Shown: piece after piece, positions 31,515-45,409 of the stretch
Position numbering within the stretch: the first letter of the stretch is position 1
Layout of the letters: the number at the start of each line of letters is the position of its first letter
DNA from: the human T2T-CHM13v2.0 reference genome, Homo sapiens
Length of the DNA: 64,000 nt
Assembly (NCBI RefSeq): GCF_009914755.1
Contig: NC_060927.1
Reading direction: 5' to 3' (one strand)
Program-made: the position numbers and the translations under genes
Notes under the pieces: generated by a model
Databases searched by the model: none
What the model saw: only the letters and a program-made list of their open reading frames with translations
Told to the model about the DNA's origin: nothing

Positions 31515-32965
31515 TTCATTTTCTTTTAGTCAGAGATTTTTGGCTTAGTTGTCTGACAAAAAGAGTTATGTGAACATAGGATTGACACCAGGATTGTGTT
31601 CTGTTCTAAGTTTAAATATGGTTTTGAGAAAGAAGTTGTTCAGTCATTCATACAGTTATTATAACAACTACACAAGTGTATGTATTTGAAAGTATTTTCA
31701 AAAGCAAACTATTTTATCCAGATTCAAGATATTTTGAAATTGCTTCCATCATAGTCACTATGTTTAAAAAAAATTCACAAAATTGTCTTATGTTGACAAC
31801 TATAAGATGTATTTTCTAAGAGACTAATTAGCCTTATATTCTAGTTTAATTTCCATGTTTACTTTAAAAATCTACATTTGAAATGATGTTTTTATTTTTA
31901 GAAAGAGAAAAATACAATTTTTTCAAAGATAGGCATCTTTTTATCTCAATCTTTTCTTGTATTCACTCTAGAAATAGTGAACAAGAATGATTCACTGGTG
32001 ACGAAACAGCAAGGCATGTGAAAAATTTTCTAAGTAACTCATTTTTAATAAATGTAGCTTTTTTTGCTGTTTGTTTTATTATTACATAGTTGACATTTTC
32101 AGCAGTGGGAATTCAGTGTTGATTTGTTAGAATTCATTTTTAACCTCACATAGGTTTTGTTTTTCGTGATGTGTTGTGGGTAGGAATGAACACACCTACA
32201 GATTTTCTAGTTGTTAAGACACAAGAATACAAATTAACAGTTTTAATTATGTTAAAGTTTAAAATAGTCTCCCAAATCCTTTGTTTTTAAAGAAACTATA
32301 TTAAGGCACATAGAATTATCTATACTAAATTTTAGTCTTTCCAACTGTCATACCCCTATGCCTCTTGTTAGTGGAAACTCTCCATTCTAAAATATATAAG
32401 GAGATTTTAAATTCCTAAATAATGTTCAAATTTACATTAAACTATTCAGGCAATGAACAATTTGTTTTTATTATCAACAAAATGGCATATTTGTCTCAAT
32501 TTCAAATAAAAAATCTAAAATAAAAATTAATAAAATAGCCAATGATAGAAAAAACTAAAAAAAATAAATAGAATTTAATTTTACTGTATAATCAGATCTA
32601 TATGATATTAATTTTAATAAAAAGTAATTATTCAAACCATGTTCTCCTTTCTTTGTATTACTGCTAAGTTACTACTAGTTGCATCAGGTATGTAGGAGAT
32701 ACCATAGAGAAAAAAACATTTTTATATATCTTTGCAAAACCATGTTACAAATGTTGTTAAAAAAGGAATCTGGTGAAGATAAATATTTCCTCTGCTCTAG
32801 GGATATATTAGAGAATAGGTTGATAATGAAATGTTAGCAATATAACTCATATTTACTACAATGCCAGCAAGCATCACTGCAACCTACCCCACTAAATATT
32901 TTGGTTGAAGAGGTGGTAAAACTGAATAAAGTAAAGAATAAAAAAATATTATTAGCATGGGCTGA

Positions 32966-35569
32966 TGATATGGTTTGGCTGTGACCCCACCACAAACTCA
33001 TCTTGAATTGTAGTTCCCATAATCCCCACATGTCCTGGGAGGGACCCAGTGGGAGGTGATTGAATCAGAGGGGCAATTAATAAAGAATTTGTAATTTATA
33101 AAAGAGAAGAGGCTTAATGGACTCACAGTTCCACATGGCTGGGGAGGCCTCACAATCATGGTGGAAGGCGAAAGGCACATCTTATATGGTGGCAGGCAAG
33201 AGGGAATGAGAACCAAGTGAAAAGGGTTTCCCCTTATAAAGCCATCAGATCTTGTGAGACTTATTCTCTACCATTAGAACAGTATGGGGGAAATTGCCCA
33301 CACTTATGATTCAATTATCTCCTGCTGGGTTCATCCCACAACACATGGAAATTATGGGATCTACAATTCAAGATGAGATTTGGGTGAGGACACAGCCAAA
33401 CCATATTACCCCCTTTTGGTCAGCACTTCTTCTTTCTGCTGCCATGTGAAGGACATGTTTGTTTTTCCTTCTGCCATGATATTATGTTTCCAGAAGCGTT
33501 CCCTGCCACACTAAACTGTGAGTCCGTTAAACCTCTTTCCTTTATAAATTACCCAGTCTTGGGTATGTCTTTATTAGCAGCATGAGAATGAACTAATACA
33601 GTAAATTGGTACCAAGTAGTGGAGCACTGCCATAAAGATACCTGAAAATGTGGAAGCAACTTTGGAACTGGGTAACAGGCAGAGGTTGAAACCATCTGGA
33701 GGCTCAGAAGAAGACAAGAAAATGTGGTAATGTTTGGAACTTCCTATAGACTTGGAGGGTTCAGAAGACAGGAAGATGTGGAAAAGTTTGGAACTTCCTA
33801 GAGACTTGTTGAATGGCTTTTTGACTGAAATGCTGATAATGATATGGACATTAAAGTCCAGGCTGAGGTGGTCTCAGATGGACAGGAGTAACTTGTTGGG
33901 AACTGGAGTAAAAGTCATTCTTGCTATGCAAAGAGATTGGTGGCATTTTGCCTCTGCCATAGAGCTTGAGGAACTTACAACTTGAGGAAGATGATTTAGT
34001 GTATCTGGTAGAAGAAATTTCTAAGCAGCAAAGCATTCAAGAGGAAGCAGAGCATTAAAGTTTGGAAAATTTGAAGCCTGATTATATAATAGAAAACAAA
34101 ATCCCATTTTCTGGGGATAAATTCAAGCTGACTGCAGAAATTTGCATAAGTCACAAGGAGCAAAATGTTAATCAACAAGACAATAGGGAAAAAGCCTTCA
34201 AGGCATGTAAGACACCCTCACGACAGCCCCATCAATCACAGACTTGGAGGCCTAGTAGGAAAAAATGGTTTTGTGGGCCAGGCCCAGGGTCCCCCAGCTC
34301 TATGCAGCCTCATGACATGGTGCCTTGTGTCCTAGCTGCTTCAGCTGCAGCCATGGCTAAAAGGAGCCAATGTACAACTCAGGCTGTTGCTCCAATGGGT
34401 GCAAGCTCCAAGCCTTGGCAGCTTTCACATGGTATTGGGCCAGTGGATGTGCAGCAGTCAAGAACTGAGGTTTGGGAACCCCCACCAAGTTTTCAAAGGA
34501 TATACAGAAATGCCTAGATGCCCAGGCAGAAGTCTGTTGCAGGGGCAGAGGGCTCATGGAGAACTTCTGCTAGGGCAGTGTGAAGGGGAAATGTGTGGTT
34601 GGAGTCCCCACACAGAGTCCCCACTGGGGAACTGTCTAGTGAAGTTGTGAGAAGAGAGCCACTATCCTCCAGATCCCAGAATAGTACATACACCAACAGC
34701 TTGTACCCTGCACCTGGAAAAGCCACAGGCACTCAATGACAGCCTGTGAAAACAGCCAGGAGGGGTGCTGTACCCTGGAAAGCCACAGGGGCAGAGCTGC
34801 CAGAGGCCATGGGAACCTACCTCTTGCATCAGCAAGGCCTGGATATGAGACATGCAGTCAAAGGAGATCATATTGGAACTTTAATAACTGCCCCATTAGA
34901 TTTCAGATTTGCATTGGGCCTGTAGCCCCTTCATTGTGGCCAATTTCTCCAATTTGGAGTGGGTGTATTTACTTAATGCTTATACTCCCATTGTATTTAG
35001 TAAGTAACTAATTTGCTTTTGATTTTGCAGGCTCATAGGCAGAAGGGACTTGCCTTGTCTCAGATGAGACCTTGGACTTGGACTTTTGGATTAATGCTGG
35101 AATGAGTTAGGATTCTGGGGGACTGTTGGGAAGGCATGATTGTGTTTTGAAATGTGAGGACATGAGATTTGGGATGGGGCCTGGGGCAGAATGATAAGGT
35201 TTGGTTGTGTCCCCATCTAAATATCATCTTGAATTGTAGTTCCCATAATTCCCACGTGTGGTAGGAGGGACCTGGTGAAGGTCATTGAATCATAGGAGCA
35301 GTTACTCCCATGCTGCTGTTCTTGTGATAGTGAGTGAGTTCTGACAAGATCTGATGGTTTTATAAGGGGCTTTCCCCCCTTTTCTAAGCACTTCTCCTTG
35401 CTGCCACCATGTGAAGAAGTATGTGTTTGCTTCCCCTTCCACCATGAGAGTACTTTTCCTGAGACCTCCCAGTCATGCTGAACTGTGAAGTAGTTAAACT
35501 TCTTTCCTTTATAAATTTTACCCAGTCTTGTATATATATTTATGAGCAGCATGAAGATGGACTAATACA
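32966..35569 (+). mobile_element. Complete THE1D-like MaLR provirus (5' LTR 32966-33600, internal 33601-35191, 3' LTR 35192-35569)
   Basis: tgata...taataca LTR ends; internal starts gtaaattggtacc; purine-rich tract 35171-35191; perfect 5-bp TSD gctga at 32961-32965 and 35570-35574. Confidence 0.93.
33091..33408 (-). mobile_element. Inverted THE1C-like LTR fragment inside the THE1D 5' LTR
   Basis: 'ggactcacagttccacatggctggggaggcctcacaatcatgg...gacacagccaaaccatatta' is the reverse complement of a THE1 LTR lacking its last ~50 bp. Confidence 0.9.
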
Positions 35570-36671
35570 GCTGATTACTGATGATGATAAGCATAAAGAG
35601 TATAACTTTAGAAAGAAATGTATTGAGTTGAAAGTTGATCAATAAAAATGAACTTATCCAAGATATTCCATAAGAGAAGATTATCTAATTAATTATATTT
35701 AATCATGGCTATTTAAAAATACATGGGTATAACCAACAGAGTTCTATGTCAATTAAAAAGGATAGATGTTACTCATTAAAAATTCAGATGTTGACAAAGA
35801 AATTTTACATGTTCTGTGGGTTCAAAAATGAGTCTGAAAAAATTAAATATAAAAACACCCTATAGTAGAGTTTTTTCATCACTTTCAATTCATCATAGTA
35901 CTAGCAGTAGTAAATGGTTACCATACTTAAATGAACATCCCCTAGAGGTCCTGGGATTTGAACAGCTTCAGTTTGATGAATGGGACAAATGATAGCTTAA
36001 GTCAGTGAACCATTGGCTACAAGTGTTATCAGGGATGTATTGAGCAATGTGCTTAGGAATGGATATGAAGGAAAAACATTGTTTGTACTTAGTATAAGGG
36101 GAAGGATTGGATTGAATATCTAGGTAGTAATCAGAGGAAAATAAGGTGATGTTTGAGCAAAAAGGTGTCTGAAGAATTAAGCAGTGATAGATTCGAGTGT
36201 GAATGAAGGAAGGTACCTTACATGTGTAGTTAAGACTGAAGAGCTCCTCTTCATTCCCTTGAGATAGTTGGCCTTAGCCAACTTTCGAAAGAAAAAAAGA
36301 GAGTAATTGTAGCATTTATATAGTTTTGCTGATGTATTTGATACATTTTCCACCTATCTAATGCTCAAGAATTCTTCAGGAAAATGTCAGTGAGTGAGAA
36401 CTTTTTTTCTTTTTTTTTTTTTTTTTTTGTATTTCTTCTCAATTAGCCCAACACTTTAGCTGAATAACCACGGAGTTTCATCTTAATCCATGTCATGGAC
36501 TTTGAACTCTACCATGAGAATGTGAGGTGGTTATTCTAGATAAATATGCACACCAGTGAGAAACTTGAGATCACTAATACCTTCACTAGGTAACCCTTTT
36601 AATAAAGACCTCTCTGTAAAACTCTCTGTAAAGTCTTATCTTTTCTTTCCTACAAGATAGCTTCATCTAAT

Positions 36672-37015
<344 letters not shown>

Positions 37016-37967
37016 TAGCAGAGATGGATATTTTTCTGTAGTTATTAATGAATCTACAATGTAGAAGTTGGTAACACAGAAATGTCTGACTATAACCAAA
37101 CAACTAAAACTGTAACTAAAACAGCTGCCTGACTATACCTAAAACTATTAGCAATTAAGAAACATTATTTTTGCTTATTTTTTATTGTTACTCCATGAAT
37201 TGATTCAATTCAGATATTCCTATGGTGTTCTTGGAAAGTACTGGTGAAAGATTTATCCTAATCATAGGCATTCTAGCAATGTTAGAGAATAATTAAAGTC
37301 ATAATTAGATTCTAGTGTCAGTGAGTTTTTGAAAGCAAGTAATGCACATATAACAATAAAAGTTAGGATATCATGAACCCAGTTATTGAATTAAGCATTT
37401 ATTTATTTGAACTCAGAATACGGTGCTATAATAAATTGATTATTAGAGAATTTACAGTTGGAAAGAAATATTTTTAAAAGAGTAAAGACCAAAGCTGAGA
37501 CCCTGGCCCACTGGGATCATTTTCAAGACCTTTATAGCTGAAGACCAAAGTATTTTTTTCAGAGTTCTAGGCATGTGTTGTCATATTCTAGATGTTCTCA
37601 AAAAGCTTGCTAGAGTCTACTCAAAATGACCTGTGTATGTTCTGATGGATTGTCATACTTCTCATCTCTTCACTTTATCTGGCAGGTAAAGAAAGATTTG
37701 CTTTGCTTACTTTAGTCCGTTCACTAACAAAATAATTTAGGAATTCAAATTACTTTTCAAATATATTTGATTTATTTTTATTAGATAATTATTTTAAAAG
37801 TATTCTAATAGGATCTGTTTGATTCTTTTAATAACAAAATATCATTTAGAAAAATACATGTATTGCGTTTTTTGTGGGGGTGACTAATGTCTTTGGAACA
37901 TAGTGGTTTTCTGGAATAATGCAATTTCTAATTTAGAAAAATCAAAATGTATATTACAATGGGATGG

Positions 37968-38376
37968 TGTCATGCCCAGAATTGTATCATTCCAAAATAT
38001 ATATGTTGAGGCCCTTACCCTCAGCAACCCAAAATGTGACCCTACTTGGAGATAGGCAGTTTAATGGGGTAGTTAAAGTTAAATGAGGTCAGAAAGGTTG
38101 ACCCTAATCTAGTATGGTTGATGTCTTTATTAGAAGAGGAAATTAAGACACACAAAAAATACATCAGGTATACATGCACTCGAAAAAAAAGGCACACGAG
38201 GACATAGCGACAAGGCAGCCGTCTGCAAGCCAAAGGCAGAGGCCTCAGGAGAAAACTAACCTGTCGAAACCTTGATCTTGAAATTCCAGTTTCCAGCACT
38301 GTGAGAAGATAATTTCTGTTGTTTAAACCATTCAATCTGTGGTATTTTGTCAAGGTCACCCTAGCAAACTAATACA
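37968..38376 (+). mobile_element. MLT1B-like MaLR solo LTR
   Basis: 'gtctgcaagccaaaggcagaggcctcaggagaaa...ctgtgagaagataatttctgttgtttaa...ctagcaaactaataca'. Confidence 0.85.
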
Positions 38377-41300
38377 GGTGAGTAGGATGGCACAACTGAC
38401 AAATACCAGTAGTTGAAAGGACAGAAGGGATTACATGCATTTGAAGGCATGTACTCACAAACACAAAAGATGTGACAATATTATATGGCTGAAGAATTCT
38501 GAATCAGGTTTGGAAGACATAACAGGATTTGGATCTGGTGATTGAGAAGGTATCAAAATTATGAAGAGCTACCTATGTCATGGTACATGGCTGATCTTTA
38601 GCCTGTGGGTGGTAAAAAGTTATAACACATTTAAAGAAACAGCTATGTAATAGTGAGTTACAAATAAAAGGTTAAAATGATGAAAGGAAATATTTTATGT
38701 GCAGTGTTGTGAAAGACATTTTGAATGATTAAAAAATTTAAAATATTTAAAGAGTTACATGTTATCCTTGTTATTGAGAAATCCAAGAAAAGTAACTATT
38801 TTGGGAGAAACATTCTGAATTCAGAAGCGACTTGAAACTATCCTAAAAAATAATTATACATACGTCCAAAAATATGAGTAAGTTAATAGATACATCTGAC
38901 AAAAAAAGAAAACATTGTGTATGTTTAATCAGATAAGGTAATTAATACCTTCTTTGAGATATTCATTGGCCCAGTCAACCAACGATATCAGTTTTTTTTC
39001 TTGTTTGGATTTTTGTTTTAAGTAGTGCTTTCTGAATATATTTGACTGATTTTTAATGTTTTACAGGAAAGAAAGCCATAAATGGATTCAGGAAATCTAT
39101 TTGTCACATCTCGTTTGAAGAATGGTGAAGTAAAGGCAGTCCACTAAGAGTTTCAGGTACTTTAGAGATCTTAATTTAAAAAATAAAATCTAGCAAGAAA
39201 ATAAGTGCTGCTTATGAAAACTTGCCTGAAACACCAAGATATAAAAGTTAAGTTTAAGTTATTTGTGATATAAAAATACCTGTAACTCTGAGATTTAGGG
39301 AAAGAATAAAACAGAAAAAGGACTTTGATAGATGCCCTATAAACCCAGGAGCTTAGATTATATTTCTTTCTTTATCTCCCTTTAGAAATGTCATGTAATT
39401 TGCTGTTACTAGCCAACGAAGCACTAATAAACTAATGTTTAAATATGCCACTGAGCTCTGAGTCTTGCTGGGTTAATTATGGAGAAAATATAGTACTTAA
39501 GAGAAAGGTAAAAACAAGTTACATACCAGAAATATCCTTTCAGTTTTATGACTCCCAGGATACAGAAATATTTGGTTCCTGGTTTCTAATGGCATCTATG
39601 ATGTCAAGATTTAAGGTATAGTTACACTCGAAGTAACGTTTATATTAAAGAAAGCTGCCAAGAGGAAGGGTATCTAGAAAATTGTTTCACTATGAGAAAT
39701 CCCTTATGAAAGAAATGGAAAAATATCTGCATTTATGGAGTGATTGTGATATACAGTGGGGCAGTAGAGTATGGTTGGAGCATCATTTAGTTGCATTTCT
39801 TATTTATATTAAATTTTGTGATTACAGCCTTTGCAAATATGGCTGTATTATTACCCACAAGGAGGTTTGTATTTGCAGATTGTTTTATGAAGAGACTAGA
39901 TAAAATGATGGTCACACCAAATTCATTTCAGGGAAAAATGCTTTGAAACCTCATGGAAGCATCTCTTTTGTGATAAGAATTCTGAATAACTATTCTGGGT
40001 ATTCAGGTTTTCATAAATCTCCATAAAGACAAAGAACTATAACAAGTATCAAAAGCACCATGTTTCGAAAGTTTCCAGGAAATAAAAAATGTGTATTTTT
40101 GAATATTTTTAGAATGTAATTATTTAAAAACAAGAATGTGCTAAGAAAGAAAGTGAAGTGCTTTTTTAAAATAAAGAAGCAAGACTTAGATTGAAAAATA
40201 AGTTTTTTTTCCTTTCTTTCAGCTTTCCCCTTTAACATTGTAGGAAGGATCATCTATGCAGCTTGAAAATTGTTTTGTCGAGGTGTATGACATTTTCATG
40301 TGAGTGTTTTCCAGTGTCCATTGAAGATTAACTTGTGGTAATATGAGTCAGAATTGTTCATGGATTAGTTATAAAAGATTACCACATTTCAATAGGACAA
40401 TACAAATGGGAAATAGTACCTTATCTATTCTGAGTAGGTCCATACACTTGAGAAGATTTTACCTTGTCCTTAGTTTTGTATTTCTCATCTCACAACTATC
40501 ACAGCTGTCACTCCAACTGTCTTTTATATGTGGAAGGTGTGAGGTTCTATTAGATATGATTAGTGTAAGTGCACTGCCTATTTCTATGTCCAAGCAATGT
40601 ACTCATTTGAATAATTTAAGTAATATACCTCAGTTAACTTAATTTATACTTAATTATGAAACAATGTTTTTGACTAAAACAATATTACGTAACATAGCCT
40701 AAGAAATTCAATAGTTAATTGTTTCCTGGGATTGTGAGGGAAAGAGTGTAAATTACTATTTTTGTGTATTCCAAAGTTATTTTTAACAGCCACATGGATT
40801 ATATTCTTATATTCTACTAGCCATATATTACTCATTCATGTATTCATTTGTTAATTACTATGCATCCATTCAACGAATATTAACCTACATTCTAGGACTT
40901 CACATTAAAATTTAAAAAATATCATAAATCAATTTTTTCAAATCATAAGTTCATATACAAACAATGACAGAAATGTGTAACATTTGGATTTTAGAGTTAT
41001 TTTTTATTTTGTTGTGAAAAAGGGTCAATATTTTAAACTGTCTAGATTAAAGCTTTGTGTGTGTATGTGGCTGCTGTTGTTTTTTCATTTGTAATTTTTA
41101 TTTCTACTTCAAATGCAAGTATCAGAGATCTTTGTTTCTCTTGAATACCTAGTACTAGAATTGCCCCCTGTCATAAGCTACTAGAAAATTGGACAAAATA
41201 TAAAACAAATTATTGTCAAACATTGAACCACAGACAACAGAGGACTACTATTCTAAGGGAAAGAAAACAAATTATGAGGGTTCTGCAACTCCCCAGCTCA

Positions 41301-41997
41301 TGTCCTAGGTAGTTTCCCAGATGATAACGCAATTAGGAAACCCACTCAATACACAGTAATCTTGCTAAGTTGATGAGCCAGAGATGAGAATTTAGGAAGG
41401 CTAGTGGCTAGACATTGTGGACAGCAGTAGAAGAGTACAGAAGAGGGAACTACATAGAAAAAGAGCTCCAGAAATCTGCATAAGAGTATCTTCGAATCTG
41501 TTGATGAAATACAAAGGGATTCCATGCATAGAGTGAAATAACATGAGTGCAGAGAAATAGTGTCAGGGAAACTATAAGATGAACATTTCCCAGAGCTCAC
41601 ACAGAAGTGGAAAAGTCCTCACTGAACACCTGAGATTTCAGAAATCAGTAAGGGCATATTTCAAGAGTAGGGTTAACACAATCCTAGAATAAAAGCCTAA
41701 AATAATGTTAGACACATAGTACCAAAGCTTACAGATAAGCTTTAACAAGATGAAATTAATTTGTAAATAACTAAAATGCTTGATAAGACAAATATTAACA
41801 ATCTGTAAACAAAGACACGGTAAAATAAAATCCACTTACACTTAACAATGTAATATTTACACTGTTTGTAGCTTTAAAAACCAATAAAGTTGTGCAGAAA
41901 TTGGAATATGTGACTGACAATCGAGAAAAATCATTCATTAGGAACAGACTCAGAAATGTTAGAGATGATGGATTGCAGACAAAGTTTTAACATCTAT

Positions 41998-42408
41998 TGA
42001 TATGATTTAAATCTCTGTCTCTACACATATCTCATGTCAAATTGTAATCCTAAGTGTTGAAGGTAAAGCCTGGTGGGAGGTGATTGAATTATGGGAATGG
42101 GTCCTTCATAAATGTTTAGCAACATCCCTTTGGTGCTGTTCTCCTGATAGAGTTCTCATAAGATCTGGTTATTTAAAGGTGTGTAGCAATTCACCCCTCT
42201 CCCTCTTCCTCCAGCTCCCATCATGTGAAATCGCCTGCTTCTGCTTTGCTCTTTGCCATGATTGTAAGTTCCCTGATTCCTCCCCAGAAGCTGATACTGC
42301 TATGCCTCTTGGACAGCCTGTGGAACCATGAGCCAATTAAACATCTTTTCCTTAAAAATTACTCAGTCTCAGGTATTTCTTTTCAGCAGTGTGAAATGGA
42401 CTAATGCA
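41998..42408 (+). mobile_element. MSTA-like MaLR solo LTR
   Basis: tgatatg...ggactaatgca; 'gccatgattgtaagtt...gaaccatgagccaattaaac'; TSD tctat/cctat. Confidence 0.88.
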
Positions 42409-42851
42409 CCTATTATAAATATTGTCAACACATTCAAGTACTTAAACCACAGTCTGTGAAGATGAACAAAAAATATTTAATAGAATCAAGAAAAAACATT
42501 AAGCAGAATCTGAAGTTCAAAAGTTATTGAATAACTTTTACAACAGATTAAACCTAGTACAAAAACATAGATTATTGAACATGAAGACATGGAACAGGAA
42601 CTAACTAAACAGACACACAAAGAGAAAAAACCTGCAGAGGAAAAATGGAGATTCAGTGACCTGTGGGGCAATAAAAATAGTCATCCTACACGAAATTCAA
42701 GTTCAAGAAAGTTTGAGTTTGAAACATATTTTAAAAATATGTACAATTTTTTTTTCAATTTTGATAAAAATGTAAGGAATCTTTAAAAAACCCAAGCAGG
42801 AAAAATGTATAAAATTGTATGACACCTGATAATTTAGTTGCTGGAAATTAT

Positions 42852-43251
42852 TGTTAACTTGAATTAAATTTGACCTAAAGCTGCCTCCATACACCTCCAT
42901 ACATAGTGAACTGTAACCTAACTTAATGTGTAAACAACTTGTAATCTTACCTAAGAGTATACTCGTGAAACAAGTAGCCAAGGCCCAGCCAATTATAACA
43001 AGTGAACCTCAAGCCAATTACTGAAGTCTGTCAAAAGATGTCCAAATAAGACAAACACTAAACAGCAACCAATAAGCTTATTTCTGAATATCATTACTAT
43101 TTCTGTGGCTATAAACATAGCCTGCACACTTAGGGGAAGGAGCTCTCTGTATCATTTTTGATACTGAGTACTACTTGGTCTATGAACCTGTCTTTTTCCC
43201 CTACTCAATTAAACTCTGTTAAATTTAACTTGTTTAAGGCTTATTTTAAAC
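42852..43251 (+). mobile_element. MER57-family solo LTR (ERV1)
   Basis: 'cctaaagctgcctcc...acatagtgaactgtaacctaac', repeated CCAAT, 'ctcaattaaactctgttaaatttaa'. Confidence 0.75.
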
Positions 43252-43509
43252 TATTAATAAATAAATATCAAAGGTGACTTGCATACAGGAGAATGATAAA
43301 ATGACTGATTTTCTTGTCAAAACCATGGGAATTAGAAGAAAAGAGAGCAAAGTTTTTAAGGTCTTAATGAAAAAATAATATCAATTTAAATTTTTTTATC
43401 TAGCCTAAATATTGTCAAGAGCTAAGTTAAACATCAGATTTGGGGAGGAATATGGAGTAATCAATACTGTTAAACATTGTTGGAGGAAGTGTAAGGTAGT
43501 ATGGTCACT

Positions 43510-43994
43510 TGTCATAAACTGAATAGTCTGAGATTTTACCATAATGTGCAAGTTATATTTTATCCTCTTACTGTTTCCTGGATACTAGCAGAAAACATAA
43601 GACTCCTGGTTAAAATATAAATAAGATTATTACTCATGGCATAGCAGGGAACATAAGCTTTATGTTTGTATCAGTTTCCCCTGCCCCTAAGTCCTATGAA
43701 AGCAACACAGAGCAGTCCATATAGATGGGCCCAGTGAGTTGCATCTCAGTTAAGGGATCACAGGCTTAAGGAACTACATGCTTGTATAACAGGCACTGGG
43801 CCTGTTTGACCTCTGGCCCTGAGGAAGACATGATTTTTACATTGGATAGTAAACAAATCTGAAGGGGAATCTATCTTCCAGAACTGTTCACCATACATAT
43901 GTACAAATAAGAGAGTTTGAAACAATGGCTGTCAGTGTTTTTGCTGGTAAGAAATACATAAATATGAGAAACTCAAGGAGAATTCTGTTAGACA
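43510..43994 (-). mobile_element. LTR40-like solo LTR (ERVL)
   Basis: 'gtctgagattttacc', 'agactcctgg', 'ttattactcatggcatagcagg', 'ggagaatt'; TG...CA ends; interrupts L1 sequence. Confidence 0.65.
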
Positions 43995-45409
43995 CTACTA
44001 TGGAATATCGTTCAGTTTCTTTTTAATATAAATTTAAACGTGAAACTACTCTATGATCCAGCAATTCCAACTATGTATTTATCTAAGAGAAATAAAAATA
44101 TGTGTTCACAAAAAGACTTTCATCAGAATGTTCACTGCAAAATAATAAATATTTATAGCTCAATATAATAATATATTATTACAAATTGACTTGACTTTTA
44201 TTTTGTGAAGTGATAGAAAAGAAACCAATGCAGTAATAAATTGTTGCAAAACAGTACATATTTGTAGCTCAATAATAAATTGAACAACCTAATTAAAAAG
44301 TGAACAAAAACGAAAGACAAATAGCCAATTAGTACATGAAAAGATGCTCTAAATTATTAGTTGTTAGGAAATTACAAGCTAAAACAACCATGAGTTACTA
44401 CCAAATACCCAACAGAATAGCAAAAATTGAAAATGTTTAAAACAGTAAGAACATCGAGTGCTTTTAAGAATGGTGAGCACCGGAACCTTCACACATTGCT
44501 AGTGGGAATACAGATTCATACAATCTCTTTGGGAAAGAGTTTTGCAGTTTCTTATAACATCAAATACATACTCATCAGAGTTTTGTCCTTCTACCTGTTG
44601 CTGTATCATGTTCAGGTTGAAGCCAGGAAGAAGAAGAAGAAGAGGTATGGGATCAATTAGGATTTTCATTTTTTTTTTTAACTAGGAAGAAATGTCATGT
44701 AAAAAGAAAGTTTCTGCTTATCATACCTGTTTATTCAGAATTGTGCAATGAGGTCTGCCCTTATCAAGTAGAGAAGCTTGGAAAGTCAATATTCTGCTAC
44801 TATAGTGGAGGAGAAAATGGTTTGGGCATTGGTCATCAAAAGCCAAAGCAGTGAGATCATGGGAAAATAGTTTTTGCATTCAAAAGCATAAAGAAACTTA
44901 CTTAAAACTTGTTTCCATAACATTAACTGGAAGTATCATGATTTCTAAGGGAAATCCATCTGGCTGGAAGAAATTTCTATTTATGTATATGTTACGAATT
45001 GTTTGCTGTGGGTGGTTTCTTTTTCATTATTTTGCAGAAAAAAAATCAAGCTAGTTTCTACTCATCGTTTTGTTAACAAGTTTTTAATAATCATTTTATT
45101 TTAAACTGGCCGTAAATATAATAGTTCTATGAATATATTTCAACTTCAATTATGTTAAAATGTACTGTTTTACATTCTTAGAGCTTACAGCAGTGTTGAA
45201 CTACATAAGAGACGAAATGAATTGTATGTATATAACAAAAACACAGCTAATGTTCTTATCAGCTACCATTCTGACCTTTTCATGGAGTATGCAATTTTAA
45301 AATTATTGAAAAAATGCTGTAATAAGTCTATAAATGGATGAATTGATATAGTTTGCATATAAAGAAAAGCAGACTATTACCATGAAAGTAAAAATTAATT
45401 AATTTAATT

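Larger units (their letters stand above)
41140..44575 (+). mobile_element. Old L1 (L1MC/ME-type) fragments: 5' UTR/ORF1 region, then ORF2 3' pieces; hosts three LTRs
   Basis: 'cagaaatgttagagatgatgga...gacaaag' ORF1-like; 'tcagtgacctgtggggcaata'; 'tatgatccagcaattcc'; 'catgaaaagatgctc'. Confidence 0.65.

Noticed and set aside
33697-33806. ~55-bp tandem repeat near the start of THE1-int
   Set aside because: As I recall it is a feature of THE1C/D internal consensus sequences, not locus-specific
34062-34517. 151-aa ORF inside THE1-int
   Set aside because: Fragment of the decayed MaLR internal ORF; non-ATG start; no evidence of domestication
44166-44181. 16-bp palindrome taataatatattatta (similar AT-rich quasi-palindrome at ~7645-7668)
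   Set aside because: Nearly all A/T; expected by chance at this composition
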